From the NCBI RefSeq assembly GCF_009914755.1, contig NC_060936.1: DNA of 64,000 nucleotides; one strand, given 5' to 3'. Below are positions 1-60,270 of this stretch, one piece after another. Within the stretch, counting starts at the first letter, position 1, and each line of letters begins with the position of its first letter. The translations under genes and the position numbers were made by a program. This DNA comes from the human T2T-CHM13v2.0 reference genome, Homo sapiens. The notes under the pieces were generated by a model. It saw only the letters and a list, made by a program, of their open reading frames with translations. It was not told the DNA's origin and did no database searches.

Positions 1-2205
<2,205 letters not shown>

Positions 2206-2494
2206 CTGCCTCTCTTCTTTGGAAGAGGGTTGACTTCCATTTCTCTACAAGCTTCAAGCCCAGTACAGGTAATAAGCCCATCAAATTGGCTGCACAACCA
2301 CCTAGAAGGTTTGGGGCCAAGCCACATACTCAAGTAATGACACTTCTTTCAGGGAGCAGCACAGGGCTCCCAACCCATTTGGGACACAGGACAGCCGAGG
2401 CAGAAAATTCAATCGTGGTAGACAGTGTATCTCTCCAAAGAAGAAACACTTGTCTTCTGCCTCCAGCTGACATTCTGTGACTGCACAGACAGCA

Positions 2495-2975
2495 CTATGT
2501 CAATTTAGCTATTACTACATAAAAAACCACTCCAAGACTTAGAGGCTTAAAACAATAATTAGCTCACAACTCTGCAATTTTAGCTGGGCTCAGCTGAGCA
2601 GTTCTGTTCATCTCACTTTGAGTTGCTTAAGTGGCTACAGTCATATGGATCAGGATGGTCTATGATGGCCTCACTCACATAACTGGCAGTTAGCTGGGAT
2701 TCTCAGCCAAAGCACCTCACTTCTCCTGCCTGTGGCTCTCCAGCAGAATAGCCTGGGTTCCTTGCCTGGTATCAGCAGGTTCCAAGAGAGTAAAAGTGGA
2801 AGTCACAAAATCTTCCAAAGTCTAGGCTCCAGAAGTCACATATTGTCACTTCTGACACATTTGTTAGCCAAAGCAAGTCACAAGGCAATGCCAAATTCAA
2901 AAAGTAGGAAATAGACTCTACCTTTTGATGAAGGCACTGCAAAATATTTTGGTCATGCTTTTCAATCCATCACAC
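2495..2975 (-). mobile_element. MLT1-family (ERVL-MaLR) LTR
   Basis: AGCTATTACTACATAAAAAACCACTCCAAGACTTAGAGGCTTAAAACAA...CAATCCATCACA resembles MLT1 LTR ends; subfamily uncertain. Confidence 0.7.
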
Positions 2976-3375
2976 ACTTTCTAATCCATCATTCAATAAT
3001 TCTCCAATCAAGCAGCCTGTACTTATTGAATACCTAACATACCTAATACCTAAATATTGTGCTAGATGGCAAAATACAAAAGAATGCTAAGACCAAGTCT
3101 TTGCTGGAAAAATTTTAAAAGATCTTAAAATGAGCTAAAGATTACTGGGTACCTTTTTAGTGGAATGCTGGGCTTTGTATAGAGAACTTTCAGTGTTATT
3201 TGATTTTGTAGTGGTCTGTGTCTTTGTGTTTTTTTGTTGTTTCTTTCTCATTTTATAAAAATAGTTTGTTTCAAAGACTCAATTGTCCTTCAACTTCTTT
3301 TTTTTTTTTCTTTTTTCTTTTTCAGACGGAGTTTTACTCTTGTTACCCAGGCTGCAGTGCAATGGCGTGGTCTAG

Positions 3376-3675
<300 letters not shown>

Positions 3676-3726
3676 TGACTAGACTCTTATAGCTCTGTAA
3701 GTTTAAAAAAAAAAAAACTGATGGTA

Positions 3727-5070
<1,344 letters not shown>

Positions 5071-5730
5071 AGAAATGTTTGTTGTTTAAGCCACCCTGTC
5101 TATAGTAATTTGTTACAGCAGAACTGACTAAGACAGACACAAGATCAAGGTGGGAGAAAGTGTAACTTGACCCAGCTCTGTGATGAGTTTATCCATAGCT
5201 CCTTCCTCTATTACATTTACCTTTGATTTGTCTATTAGATAATACTCCACTATTTATATATTCATTACTCATTTATCCACAGATATACAATAAAAACATT
5301 AATCAGGTGAATTACTTTCTTATCAATACCTGCCAAGAAAATACAACTAACTATAAATTTGTAATAAACTCCCAAGGGGCAGAGGTTGGGTTTTTAGTTG
5401 CTTCTCAAACATACCCCATCATTCAAAAGTCTGAACTGGAAAGTAAGAAGGAAAAGAAGGAGAACTTTAGTATGCTAGTGTCAAACAAGCCTGTCCTAAT
5501 AAGCAACCCCAAACTGCTCTCCTGTCTGGGTCCAGAATTGGGTTTGGTTTTGAAATACCACGTGGGAAATTTCTAGCCAAAGTCCTCACCAGTTCCTCCT
5601 TTGACTAACAATCTCCAACCCAGGAAGTGGGAACTACAGAGTCTTTGGTAGAGGTGGTTGGATTTACTCAAGAAAAAGCCCCACCTGAACTCCCCAAGCA
5701 GAAATCTTCATTAGAAAAATAAACAAAACG

Positions 5731-6695
<965 letters not shown>

Positions 6696-7499
6696 GAAAT
6701 GAGGTTTACATGTTACAAGGCCCTGAAGAAGAGGAAAAAAACTGTGTATAAAATACCACCTGGATAAAATAAGCCAAATACACAACTAAATGGGAGACCA
6801 GGCCAACAGGATGTCTTGGGAAGATGTCTTGAAGTAGGAGGGGCTTCTCCTGCAAAGGATTTGGCAAGACTAAGAGGGAGCAGGCATTCCAGATGAAGAG
6901 AATGATGAGTAACATGGAAAAGCCCAGCGTCCGCTCCGGGCCAGGCAGAAGTTGAGGTGACAGATATAGTAGGAAAAGCAAGCTGAGGGCAGTTCATGCA
7001 GAGCTTTCAATGCTGGAGAGTAGGGCCTTGGAAAGAGATGTGGTGACACAGTAAGAGCGCTCTTTCAGGGAGATTTATCCAGGAACTATGTGCTAGGTGG
7101 ATGGGCGGAGATGAACTCAAGTGGGACAATTCCTGAAGCAGCACAGAGGGGAAAGGAAAGTCATAGTTAGAGCGGAGTTCATGGGGACGGAGGAGAAGGG
7201 AAGGATAGGAACCCCTACCACCTTCTCCCTTGCTCACCAAGTTCCAGCCACAACAGTCTACTTGGGCCGCAAACATGCCAAGCACCACCTCAGGGTCCTC
7301 GCCTGCCAAGAACACACTTTGCCTTTGCAACACTCTTCCCCAGATATCACTAGGCCTTGCTCTCACATTTCTACTTCCTTCACCTCTACTTCAGTCCCTC
7401 TGGCACTTGACAACTAAATATAAAATACAACTCTTCCCCCATGGCGTATTCTCTAGCTCTCTGGCTTTCTATTTCTCCATGGCACTTATCATCATCTGA

Positions 7500-7705
<206 letters not shown>

Positions 7706-8556
7706 TAGTAGAGACAGGGTTTCACCACGTTGGCCAGGCTGGTCTCAAACTCCTGACCTCAGGTGATCCACCCGCCTTGGCCTCCCAAAGTGTTGGGATT
7801 ACAGGCATGAGCCACCGTGCCCAGCCAACCTATTATGTATTTGTTTGTCTGTTCATGCCCAATATAATGTAAGCTCCGTGAGGATACAGACTTTTTTTAG
7901 TTTGTCATTGTCTATTCAGTGCCTAGAACAGGGCACATGGTAGGGAGTCAATGAATAATTGGCTTGGTTTTGGATGGAGAGATTAATATGATACCAAGGG
8001 TTTGAGACTATGACTTGGAAGATAGTAGTACCATTAACAGCAATAGGGAAGCTGGAATAGAAAGATGAACCTTTCCACTTGAGACATGTTGAATGTGAAA
8101 TGTGTAAGAGATGAACTGAAAACTCAGGACTAGTTCAGGGCAAACCCACAGGGCAGTGGAAGGCAGACTCCAAATCTCCAAAGAGTAAAAAACTGAGGGA
8201 AAAATGTTTAATCAGAGGAGCAAGACTGTCAGGTCCAAAGGGCAATGTAAGGCCATAACTGGGAAAGTAAATTACTGGGTCAGAAGCTAATAAAGAAATG
8301 TCAATGTTGAATAGGAAATGTGTGAAGAAAAGGAGATAGAGTCAAGCCATGAGAAAGAATCATTAGAGCCAAGAACAGTGGCATATGCCTATTGTTCTAG
8401 CTACTTGGAAGGCTGAGGCTAGAGGATTGCTTGAGCCCAGGAGCTCAGCCTGGGCAACATAGCAAGACCCAGCTCTTAAAAAAGAAAAGAAAAGGCCAGG
8501 CGCGGTGGCTCACACCTGTAATCCCAGCACTTTGGGAGGCCGAGGCAGGCAGATCA

Positions 8557-8826
<270 letters not shown>

Positions 8827-9375
8827 CTAACAGTGTGTACTTATGCTGTTGGGGGACAGGTAGGACTGACAGCTTAAAGAACATTCTGAGGCTGGGCACG
8901 GTGGCTCATGCCTGTAATCCCTGCACTTTGGGAGGCTGAGGTGGGCAGATCACCTGAGGTCAGCAGTTTGAGACCAGCCTGGTCAACATGGCAAAACCCT
9001 GTCTGTCTCTACTAAAAATACAAAAATTAGCCGGGCATGGTGGTGGGCACATGTAATGCCAGCTGCTTGGGGGAAGCTGAGGTTTGAGAATCACTTGAAC
9101 CCAGGAGGTGGAGGTTGCAGTGGGCCGAGATCACGCCACTGCACTCCAGCGTGAGGGATAGAGTGAGACTCTGTCTCAAAAAAAAAAAAAAAAAAAAGAA
9201 CATGCTGGGGCTACACTCCAGCATTTAAGCTAAAGCTAGAAATACATGGTTGAAAGGTTGAAGGCATTCACTGAGCTCACCAGGAGCTTTGACACAAAGA
9301 TAGGGTCTTTGCCCCCATCTGAACAGGAGTGACAACAGAAGCTTTGGGAATTGATGAGTCACTAAGGAAAACAGG

Positions 9376-10025
9376 GCAGGGCACAAGTTGCAACTGGTGG
9401 CCCATGGGCTAAATTGGCCCCAGGTGTGCTTTATTTGGGCTACACAGGGTTGTGATTTTTTGAATTAACTATCCACTTTTAAATGTTGGACTATTTCACC
9501 AAAAAAAAAATCCATATATCTAGTTTATCTTGAAAAACTGGAAGATCTGGTAACGTTGGGCCCTATTTCAGTTGACAATGAGAGTCAGGGTTGAGTTGTG
9601 ACTGTCACCTTTAAAGAAAGTACATAGAGTAGGCTAGGCGACAATGACAAAATATCAGCAACTTAACACAATGAAGATTTGTTTCTTGTTCGAGCAAAGT
9701 CCAGGGTGAATCAGGCAACTCTCCAGGGTAGCTTTCTTCCTTGCAATGACTCAGGGATCCAGGCTGCACATATCTCATGACTCTGCTATTCCAATTTACG
9801 CTCTGGATGATCCCTTCAGGGAGCCGGAGCTGAAGGGCTGCTTTGTGGCACTTACATGCTTCCAACACAAAGTGAAATGGTACTTGAACTAACCGTCCAT
9901 TTGCTGAAACTAGTCCCAGGACCCTCATCAGGGGCCTGAGAAACGTGGGGCAGCTCATGGATATTGGGTGAGCAGTAAATGTTTCTGCCACATGGAACAT
10001 GTGCTCTGCAGTTTGCCACATGCTT
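9376..10025. mobile_element. MER102-like hAT-Charlie DNA transposon interrupted by an old MLT1 LTR (~9620-9992)
   Basis: CTTGAAAAACTGGAAGATCTGGTAACGTTGGGCCC resumes as CATGTGCTCTGCAGTTTGCCACA after an MLT1-like insert containing GACTCAGGGATCCAGGCT. Confidence 0.6.
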
Positions 10026-10483
10026 GCCAGGCTGCTTAAATCATTCACATCATCTACCTGGCTCCTGGAGACACTGGCATTTGCAGCCTTTGGTACAAAA
10101 AGAGAGGAGTGCTGAGGAGAGAACCTTGTGGAATGCCACCAGGGAGCAGCCATCACAACAGAACCCTACACTAGCCCAGTGTTTCATGCCAAGGTTCTGT
10201 CTGTAAGTGACAGAACCTACCCCTGGGAGGTGACCTGGCTATATCTTTCATATCTCCTGGTCACACTGCTGAGGGGGTGCCTGCTGCTTCTCCACAGATG
10301 AAGATTCAAAATGTTCTTGTGTTACAACCTTTGCATATTTCAAATTCCTTAGAGTCAAAAAGGCTATTCTGAATTCTACCTACTTTCCTTCCCCCTATAT
10401 TGCATTTCTTCTCTTTACTCTTGCTCTGCATAGCTCCTAAAGACTGAACTGGAGCAAAAACCTGCACAGTAGGCTCTGGATAG

Positions 10484-14640
<4,157 letters not shown>

Positions 14641-14691
14641 GGACATTGTGAATGTTACATTGTAGAGACTCTAGATTCTGTTATATCCTTT

Positions 14692-16154
<1,463 letters not shown>

Positions 16155-17028
16155 CCCTCCAAAGACGTTGATGTTTTTATTTTAGCAGGACATTAAATCG
16201 GTTAGACTCAAACTACAAACTCACTCACTTGAAATAGATAGCAGCTGGGATCTCAGTTTAAGTCTTTATTATTGTTTTCCTTAGCTGAACTGTTTGTACC
16301 CTGCTCTATGCATGCATGGTTCAAGGACCAGCCAGATTTGGGCAGAGTCTGAACACAGAACTCTGGCTCTCTTCTGTACAAGATTCCCCCCTCACTTTCT
16401 GGTAGTTGAGAATGTCTTGGTCAATGCCTTTCTCATGACACAAATGTGACACAAACTTCAGCCCCCGACACCCCACTATTCCACCCCAGTTCAGCACCTG
16501 CTTTCAAGTTTCAACTCCCCTCCAAAACTGCTTGCCTTTGTGCATTCTCCACAGCTTTCAGATAATTGTGGGTTTTCTCTTTTTATTTTTGTCCAGAGAT
16601 TATCATTATCTATGACAGGATTGATCTGCTGGGAACTTATTTACCAAACCAGAAACAGAACCTGTACATAATATTCATATGTATTTAAAATTAACCTCAC
16701 ACATTCGAAACTCAGCAATAAAAATATTTTATTCTGCAGAAATACACATCTTTAAAGTAGTGATATATATTGCTTGGGAGAGAAAACAGAAAACAATAAT
16801 ATATCCATTATTTTAGCTTCCTAACCTTAACAAAATAGAAGCGAGTGGAATAGGCAAGGCGCAGTGGCTCACGCCTGTAATCCCAGAACTTTGGGAGGCT
16901 GAGGCGGGCAGATTGCCTGAGCTCAGGAGTTCAAGACCAGACTGGGCAACATGATGAAACCTCGTCTCTACTAAAATACAAAAAATTGGCTGGGCGTGGC
17001 GGTGTGCACCTGTAGTCCCAGCTACTCA

Positions 17029-17124
<96 letters not shown>

Positions 17125-17401
17125 CTACGTCTCAAAAAAAAAAAAAAAAAAAATTCCTCACCTGGCATAATGTCCTCCAGGTTCATCCATGCTGTCAAAA
17201 ATGGCAGGATTTTTTTTTCTTTTTTTTGAGTCTCACTCTGTCGTCCAGGGTGGAGTACAGTGGCTTGAACTTGGTTCACTGTAACCTCCGCCTCCTGGGT
17301 CAAGCAATTCTCCTGCCTCAGCCTCCCAAATAGTTGGGATTACAGGTGCCTGCCACCACGCCCAGCTAATTTTTGTATTTTATTTATTTATTTTTTTTTG
17401 A

Positions 17402-17560
<159 letters not shown>

Positions 17561-18049
17561 TAGTAGAGACGGGGTTTCTCCATGTTGATTAGGCTGGACT
17601 CCAACTCCCAACCTCAGGTGATCTGCCCACCTTGGCCTCCCAAAGTGCTGAGATTACAGGCGTGAGCCACTGCGCCCGACCTTTTTATTTTTTTTTCAGT
17701 AGAGATGGGGCTTCACCATGTTGGCCAGGCTGGTCTCGAAATCCTGACCTCAAGTGATCCACCCAACTCGGCCTCCCAAAGTGCTGGGATTACAGGCGTG
17801 AGCCTCCATGCCTGGTTGGTACTTCTTGTTTCTGAATCTTGCTGTCATTACCTAAAAATGAGATTAATCTCATCAACCTTACAGGGCCACTGTGAAGACT
17901 AAATAAGCTAGTTCATTAAGTGTCATAACATTGGCATATTTTAAATGCTCAGTAACTAGAAGTCTCTCCCTACCCAATACATCCCTATTTTATTTGGCTT
18001 TTCTCTGAACCTTTTGAAATCTACTGCCTCCAATGGTCAACTTAATTCT

Positions 18050-18350
<301 letters not shown>

Positions 18351-18903
18351 TGGTCAACTTAATTCTTAAGTTAATGGTCTTAATTCTCAGATTTCATTCC
18401 ATTTTAATGATCCAAACCAGAAAAAATACAGAATCTCATGCTTCATCTCAGTCCTACTGAATTGGAATCTGACTTAAAAGTTAAAACAAATTCTCCAGGT
18501 GATTGGTAAACATTAAAATCTGAGAAGCACTGGACTAGTACATATCATAAACATAGCAGGGCCAAAACAGAGCCCACACACCCTCTACAAACCTGTTCCA
18601 CCCAGGCTTTACCATCTAAGTAAAAGGCATCGCCCAGCAGCTCATGCCAAAATCTTAGGAGTTATCTTCAATAACTATTATAGTTATTTAGGCAAAAGTG
18701 CCTACAGCCCATGAAAAGTTACGTAGCCTGGGCAGCAACAACCATTTTTTTCTCTAGGGATAGGGTCTGTTTCACTCTGTTGCCCAGGCTGGAGTGTAAT
18801 GGTGTGATTATAGCTCACTGCAGCCTCAAACTCTAGCCTGAAGCAATCCTTCCACCTCAGCCTCCCTAGTCGTTAGGGTTACAGGCAGGAGCCACAGCTC
18901 CTA

Positions 18904-19901
<998 letters not shown>

Positions 19902-19904
19902 TCC

Positions 19905-20543
<639 letters not shown>

Positions 20544-21199
20544 CTACTCCATAGGCAGAGAGCAGCAGCATGGGCTGCTTGACTAAGAATACTTACCGTT
20601 ATTTCTTGATTATATGGGAAACACGGGGTGGATTATTCATGTTTTCCCTGGAAAGAGGAGGGCGATTCCCGAACTGAGGGTTCCTCCCCCTTCCTCACAT
20701 TGCCATGGCATCTGTAAACTGTCATGTCCTGGTGGGAGTATCTTTTACCATGCTAACGAATTATATTTAGCATATAATAAGCAGTGAGGAGAGGTCAATT
20801 TAGTCGCCATCTTGGTTTTGATGGGATTTGGCTGGCTTCTTTACTGCATGCTGTTTTATGAGCAAGGTCTTTGTGACCTATAACTTGTGTTGACCTCCTG
20901 TCTCATCCTGTGATTAAGAATGCCTAACATTCTGGGAATGCAGCCCAGTAGGTCTCAGACTTATTTTACCCAGCCCTATTCAAGGAGTTGCTCCGGTTCA
21001 AACACCTCTGACAATTGCACTCTCCATTCAGTAGCCTGAGTAATCTCTTTTTTTCTAATTAACGCGTGACTTACATAAAGTACACAAATCTTAAGTATTC
21101 ACAAATCTTAAGTATACGAATTCTAGATATACACCCATGTAACCACCACTCACATCAGGATACTAAGTAATCCTTTTTAAAATTTTATTTCAACTCATG

Positions 21200-21660
21200 A
21201 CATTTCTCTGCCTTAAATCATTCCACACTTTCCCAATCCCCTCACATGATCAGCCTCACATGATCCAGCCCCTCTCTCTCAAGATTCATCCTGTACCACT
21301 CCTCCCTCCCCTGCCCTCACCATATTGCAGCAAACCCAACTGCGCATCCTGTCTTCTCCTAAACCTCTTCAGAAGACATTCCCAGGGATGGCAGCTTGTA
21401 ATTTAGACCTCTGTCTGAATGTCACTTCCTCAGAGGTCTACTCTGACAGGCAATCTAAAGTTGCACCTAATAACTTATTACACCACCTTGTTTTAATTAC
21501 TCACAGAATACTTGTTGTAATATTTTATTAGTTGCTTATTATCTGTCCTTCCCCCACTAGAATATAACCTCTTTTGGGACAGTTCTATTCCATGTTGTAC
21601 CCGCAAGTGTCTGTGCCTGGCACACGGTGGGAAACAAAAATTTTCATTTAATGAATGAAA
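21200..21660. mobile_element. L2 3'-end fragment
   Basis: CCCCCACTAGAATATAACCTC...GTGCCTGGCACACGGTGGG...TTAATGAATGAA is a typical L2 terminus. Confidence 0.7.
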
Positions 21661-22044
21661 TGGAACATCAGCTAGGGGAAGCATGAATAGCCCTAGTCTC
21701 AGAAATCCTAAAGGCCTAAGTTGGACTAAACCTAGTCAGCAAATTGGACCATTAAATGAGGTAAAAGCCCATGACAATTAAGTGTTCAGCATTTGTTACC
21801 TTCTTATTCCGTCTAAATATGCCTCATTAAAACCATTCTTACACAAGACGTTCGATTTGTTTTGCCTTTACAAAAAGTAATTTGAAAACAAACAGTGGTT
21901 GATGCCTGTAATCCCGGCACTGTGGGAGGCCTCGGAGGGAGGAATGCTTGAGTCCAGGAGTTCGAGACCAGCCCAGGCGACACAGGGAGACACACCGCCC
22001 CCCCCAAGCCCGCCACTCTGTCTCCACACAAAGACTTTTTTTTA

Positions 22045-22221
<177 letters not shown>

Positions 22222-22931
22222 TCAGTGATTTCTGATGTGGCTTTTAAAAACTAGGCCGGGCGCGGTGGCTCACGCCTATAATCCAGCACTTTGGGAGGCC
22301 GAGGCGGGTGGATAGCCTGAGACCAGGAGTTCAAGACCAGCATGGCCAATATGGTGAAATATCCCGTTTCTACTAAAAATACAAAAAACTAGCAGCGAAT
22401 GGTGGTGGGCGCCTGTAATCCCAGCTACTCCAGAGGCTGAGGCAGGTGAATCGCCTGAACCCGAGAGGCGGGGGTTGCAATGAGCCGAGGTCGCGCACGC
22501 CATTGCACTCCAGCCCGGACAACAGGAGCGAAACTCCGTCTCAAAAAAGTACATTAAACTCAGAATCTTCCCTTTCAGCACATCCATTTCGCCACACCCA
22601 TCACCGGCTCCGTGCAGAGTAAGCAGAAGCAGCAGCGAAGCCCCGCCCTTCCCGCCACTCTTCCGGCAGGAAGTCTGTGCGTCAGGAGGCCGGCCAGGAC
22701 TCAGCTCCAGCCCCGCGCTCGCGTGTAGCCCTACGTAAAGCGTGAGGGGTTTCGCGACAACCCAGGCCCCGCCCCTTTGGCCACATGTCGCGCATGTCTT
22801 CCCGTCGGACGGCGTGCCACCTCGCCGCGCAGCTTTACGAACCTAGAGCAGCGCCGCCCCGCCTCCTGTCTCCGTCCTCACCTCCCCGCCCCCTTCCAGC
22901 TTCGCGTCTCCTAGCTCGACGCGCCCGCTAT

Positions 22932-22943
22932 AATCACGTGATT
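22932..22943. promoter_or_regulatory. Perfect 12-bp palindromic E-box AATCACGTGATT (USF/MiT-TFE/MYC-MAX class), overlapping TATAAT at 22929-22934
   Basis: Seen directly, ~25-35 nt upstream of the pyrimidine start tract. Which factor binds is inference. Confidence 0.75.
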
Positions 22944-22955
22944 GCCTCATCCGGG

Positions 22956-22984
22956 TCTTTTGCGTTCTCTTTCCCTCTCCCAAC
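22956..22984 (+). promoter_or_regulatory. TCT initiator / 5'TOP pyrimidine tract and short 5'UTR
   Basis: TCTTTTGCGTTCTCTTTCCCTCTCCCAAC directly before the ATG; candidate +1 C at 22957 or 22967. eIF4B is an established TOP mRNA. Confidence 0.8.
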
Positions 22985-56617
<33,633 letters not shown>

Positions 56618-56703
56618 ACCTCTACATCCTGTGCTTTTCTCCTAGTTTCTCTCCACCCTGGAACATTCGAGAGCAAATCAAAACCTCTATCCAGACAAGA
56701 CAA

Positions 56704-56709
56704 AATAAA
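56704..56709 (+). terminator. Candidate proximal polyadenylation signal AATAAA
   Basis: AATAAA 87 nt after the stop codon, with a T-rich stretch ~25-40 nt downstream (ctttcttaccttttttt). Confidence 0.55.
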
Positions 56710-58582
56710 ACTCAACATCTCCTGAAGACCTTTCTTACCTTTTTTTAAAAACAAAAAATGAAATTATTTTGCATGCTGCTGCAGCCTTTAAAGTATTGAA
56801 GTAACTGGAGAATTGCCAATACAGCCAGAGAGAAAGGGACTACAGCTTTTTAGAGGAAAAGTTGTGGTGCGTTATGTCACCATGCAGTTGCCAGTGTGAT
56901 TAGTGCCTAGGGGTCTCCATTTAGCAGAAATGGTAATGACAGTGATATAATGCCTGGAACCTGGTTGGGCAGTAGGGGAGGGAGGTAGAAGGAAAAGTGT
57001 GAGATTTCTACCTTTTAGTTTTTATCCTATTGTGGCATATATGAATTCTCAAACATTATCTGAATAAATTTTCCACTCTTGGAAAGGTAGATTTAGCCTC
57101 AAGTTGTTCTAGTCTCCAGGAGGCTGCCAGCCCCTCCTCTTATTTAATTCTGAGTTTTGGGGGCCAGCCTAGAGGGAATTCCTTTTTTTTTTTTTTTAAC
57201 CCCCCAGGGGGGTAGTTGGGAGTGAGACTATAGGCCATAAAGAATGGGACTGCATTGGACCAAAATAAATGGGAAAATCGTGGTTTGAAAAGAAGCTTTT
57301 GGGAAGTGATGAGTCATTTTGCACCAGGTAATAGGGGAAAATTGTGTGACCTCCAGCAAACACATGAATGGTTATTTCCTGGAGCCGGAAGCACTTGGGG
57401 GTCGTGGTAATTCCCAGTGTTTTCTGTGTCCTAGTTTTACCCTTTCTAAACACTGTCCTTTTTGAAAGTTTTGAATATATCCACATTCTATTGAAACCTT
57501 GAAACTAAAAATTTAGACTCTTATCGTCATCTTAAGTTCTTCATGCTACTCTTAACCTCCCAAAAAGCAGTATCTAAGTCACATACATGATGTCTTGGGC
57601 ATTTTCTGAGCCATGGAGAACTCTGAAAGGAAGAATCGCTGCTTTTCTCAAGCAAATCGGTTTCTTGATGTCTTTTGGTTCTCCTTGCCTGCTCCTGATG
57701 CTTGGACCCCTTTTATTGATCAGAGTGCTCTAGAATAATGGATGGTCTTGGATGATGGATAAATAGGGACAGGGACAGTTAAATTGGGAGCCTTTCTTAC
57801 AACCTTGATGGGATTTTTCCCCCCAAGTTTCCTTCTCCACTGAAATGCCACACTAATGCTTGTTGGATTCATGAGGTGGCCAGACCAATGTGTTGTTTTG
57901 TTGTTGTTTTTTTTTTAAGCTTCCCTTGAGAGAATAAATGGTAATGGAGAGAACTATTTAACAAGGTCCTGGTTTCTCTTGCAACACAGTAGCTAAACTT
58001 GCCTGCTTTTATATGCATTTTTGTAGGGATCAGCTTGGTAGACAGTATTAGCGGAGAAACACCTTGATCTTGGTTTGCAAGCCCTTCTCCCATCAGTCCT
58101 AGATTAGGCCCTGTTCAGCCATGCAGGGGTGTTGGTTTATGCGTGCTGCAGCAGTGGGCATAATGAATATAATTTACCCAGTGGACAAAGGTGTGTACCA
58201 AGTGAATTTAAATAATTGGTGTGGATTGGCCAGTAGCTAAGTGGGCTTTTAAAGAGTATTGAAGATTGAAAGGGTTTTTCTTTCTTTTTTAAAAAAGAAA
58301 AACAAACTATTGATTGTAGATAATGAAAAGCTAGGGTTTGCCCTCTTCATGTCTACTCTCCTTCCAAATAGTTATATCCAAAACTGTTTTTCCCTCTCCC
58401 CTACCTTGTCCCCCCTATTAAAATAGAAACAGGGATTGATTAATGTCCCGCTCCTGAATACATGTAAAATTTGTACAAAAATATCTTCTATGAAAATGAT
58501 TTGTAATCTGTAGACTTATTACCTGGGAGATGTCTTGATGTAAAATCCCATCCTTTGGGTTGTGGGTTTTTTGTTTTCTCCA

Positions 58583-58588
58583 AATAAA
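58583..58588 (+). terminator. Distal polyadenylation signal AATAAA of EIF4B
   Basis: AATAAA preceded by several TGTA (CFIm-type) motifs at ~58463-58542 and a T/G-rich tract. Confidence 0.85.
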
Positions 58589-59714
58589 TCTGATCTTTAA
58601 AGTTCATTGTAATGCTGAAGTTCTTTGACAAATACTCTGCACTCCCAGTGGTTTTTACTGTAGTCATTGACCACCTGCTCCTCCTTCTCCTACCATCTCT
58701 GAAGTTTTCATTCAGTATTGGATACCATATTGTCCAAGATTAGAGGGTGGGGTTACAAGGGAATCTATTTCAGTGTTTATTGAGGCCCAATAATAGAGTT
58801 TGCATCCTAGCTCCCCTCTGGCTTTTTTTTTTTTTTTTGCCTGGTGTTAAATTTTTTAATCACCTGGATGTGCCTGCAGTCTATTTCCTGTACTGTTTAT
58901 TTTAATCAAGATGTGGGAACTCTAAGAATGAATCCTTGTGTCCTTGGGGCAGTTCCCTCATAATCTCCCTCCCTCACTTCAGCAATCTGGAGAGATGCTG
59001 CTCCCTTGAGTTACACCGCACTGGTGGACCAGAGATACTGGTGACAGGGTGGTCGAGGTTACCAGAACAGAGGCTCACAGACTCAGTGGGAATTTTCCAA
59101 ACAGCTAGGGACAGACTGGTCATTGTTGCAAGGCGGGAAAGGGGTTAGGACAGTGGCAGAGAATCCTTAAGGTCACAAGGAGGTGGAGCATAGAAAGGAG
59201 CCCGGGAAACCTCAGTCAACAATTTTGGGGATTTAAGAGCCAAGATGAGGAGCCAGTTAAATGATTTCCCAGCCAATTGGAGCAGCTGCTCTTCTAGTTT
59301 CTGGCCAGTGCATTTATCTCTGTTCTCCAAAACTGGTAAAGTTGAAGGCTATGAGACTCAGCTGTGATGATGTGAAGGCTTTTCAATGTGGGTTTAGGTG
59401 CCCCTATTGTCCAGGCTGCCTGGAAACCTACAAGGTAATGCTTTTTCACTGCCTCCCCACCACAGGAATCAGTTTCACTCACATTCTCCAAGCCTTTGTT
59501 TCAAGCCGCTCTCAGCTGTGCAATAATGAGGTCTAGGTAAATGATGGAAAGAAGGAACATAAAAATAGGAAAGGCTTGTTGAAAGAGGTTTATGATGGCT
59601 GTGTACAGAAAGGGTAGAGAGGAAGGCCCTATGTCCCAAAAGGTACTCTAAAGTCAGAGAAAACCTGGGCTGTAATATGGCCACATCCTCATTTAAATTT
59701 AAAAAGACGTGTGT

Positions 59715-60270
<556 letters not shown>

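Larger units (their letters stand above)
56618..58605 (+). other. EIF4B: EIF4B 3'UTR (~2 kb, no Alu seen)
   Basis: Follows the stop codon and runs to ~17 nt after the distal AATAAA; the exact cleavage site is inferred. Confidence 0.85.

Noticed and set aside
9611-10156. 181-aa minus-strand ORF, the longest non-Alu ORF upstream
   Set aside because: It overlaps decayed MLT1/MER102 sequence and has no recognisable domain.
21082-21116. Short direct repeat CACAAATCTTAAGTA x2
   Set aside because: Simple slippage duplication in a decayed repeat fragment, with no sign of function.
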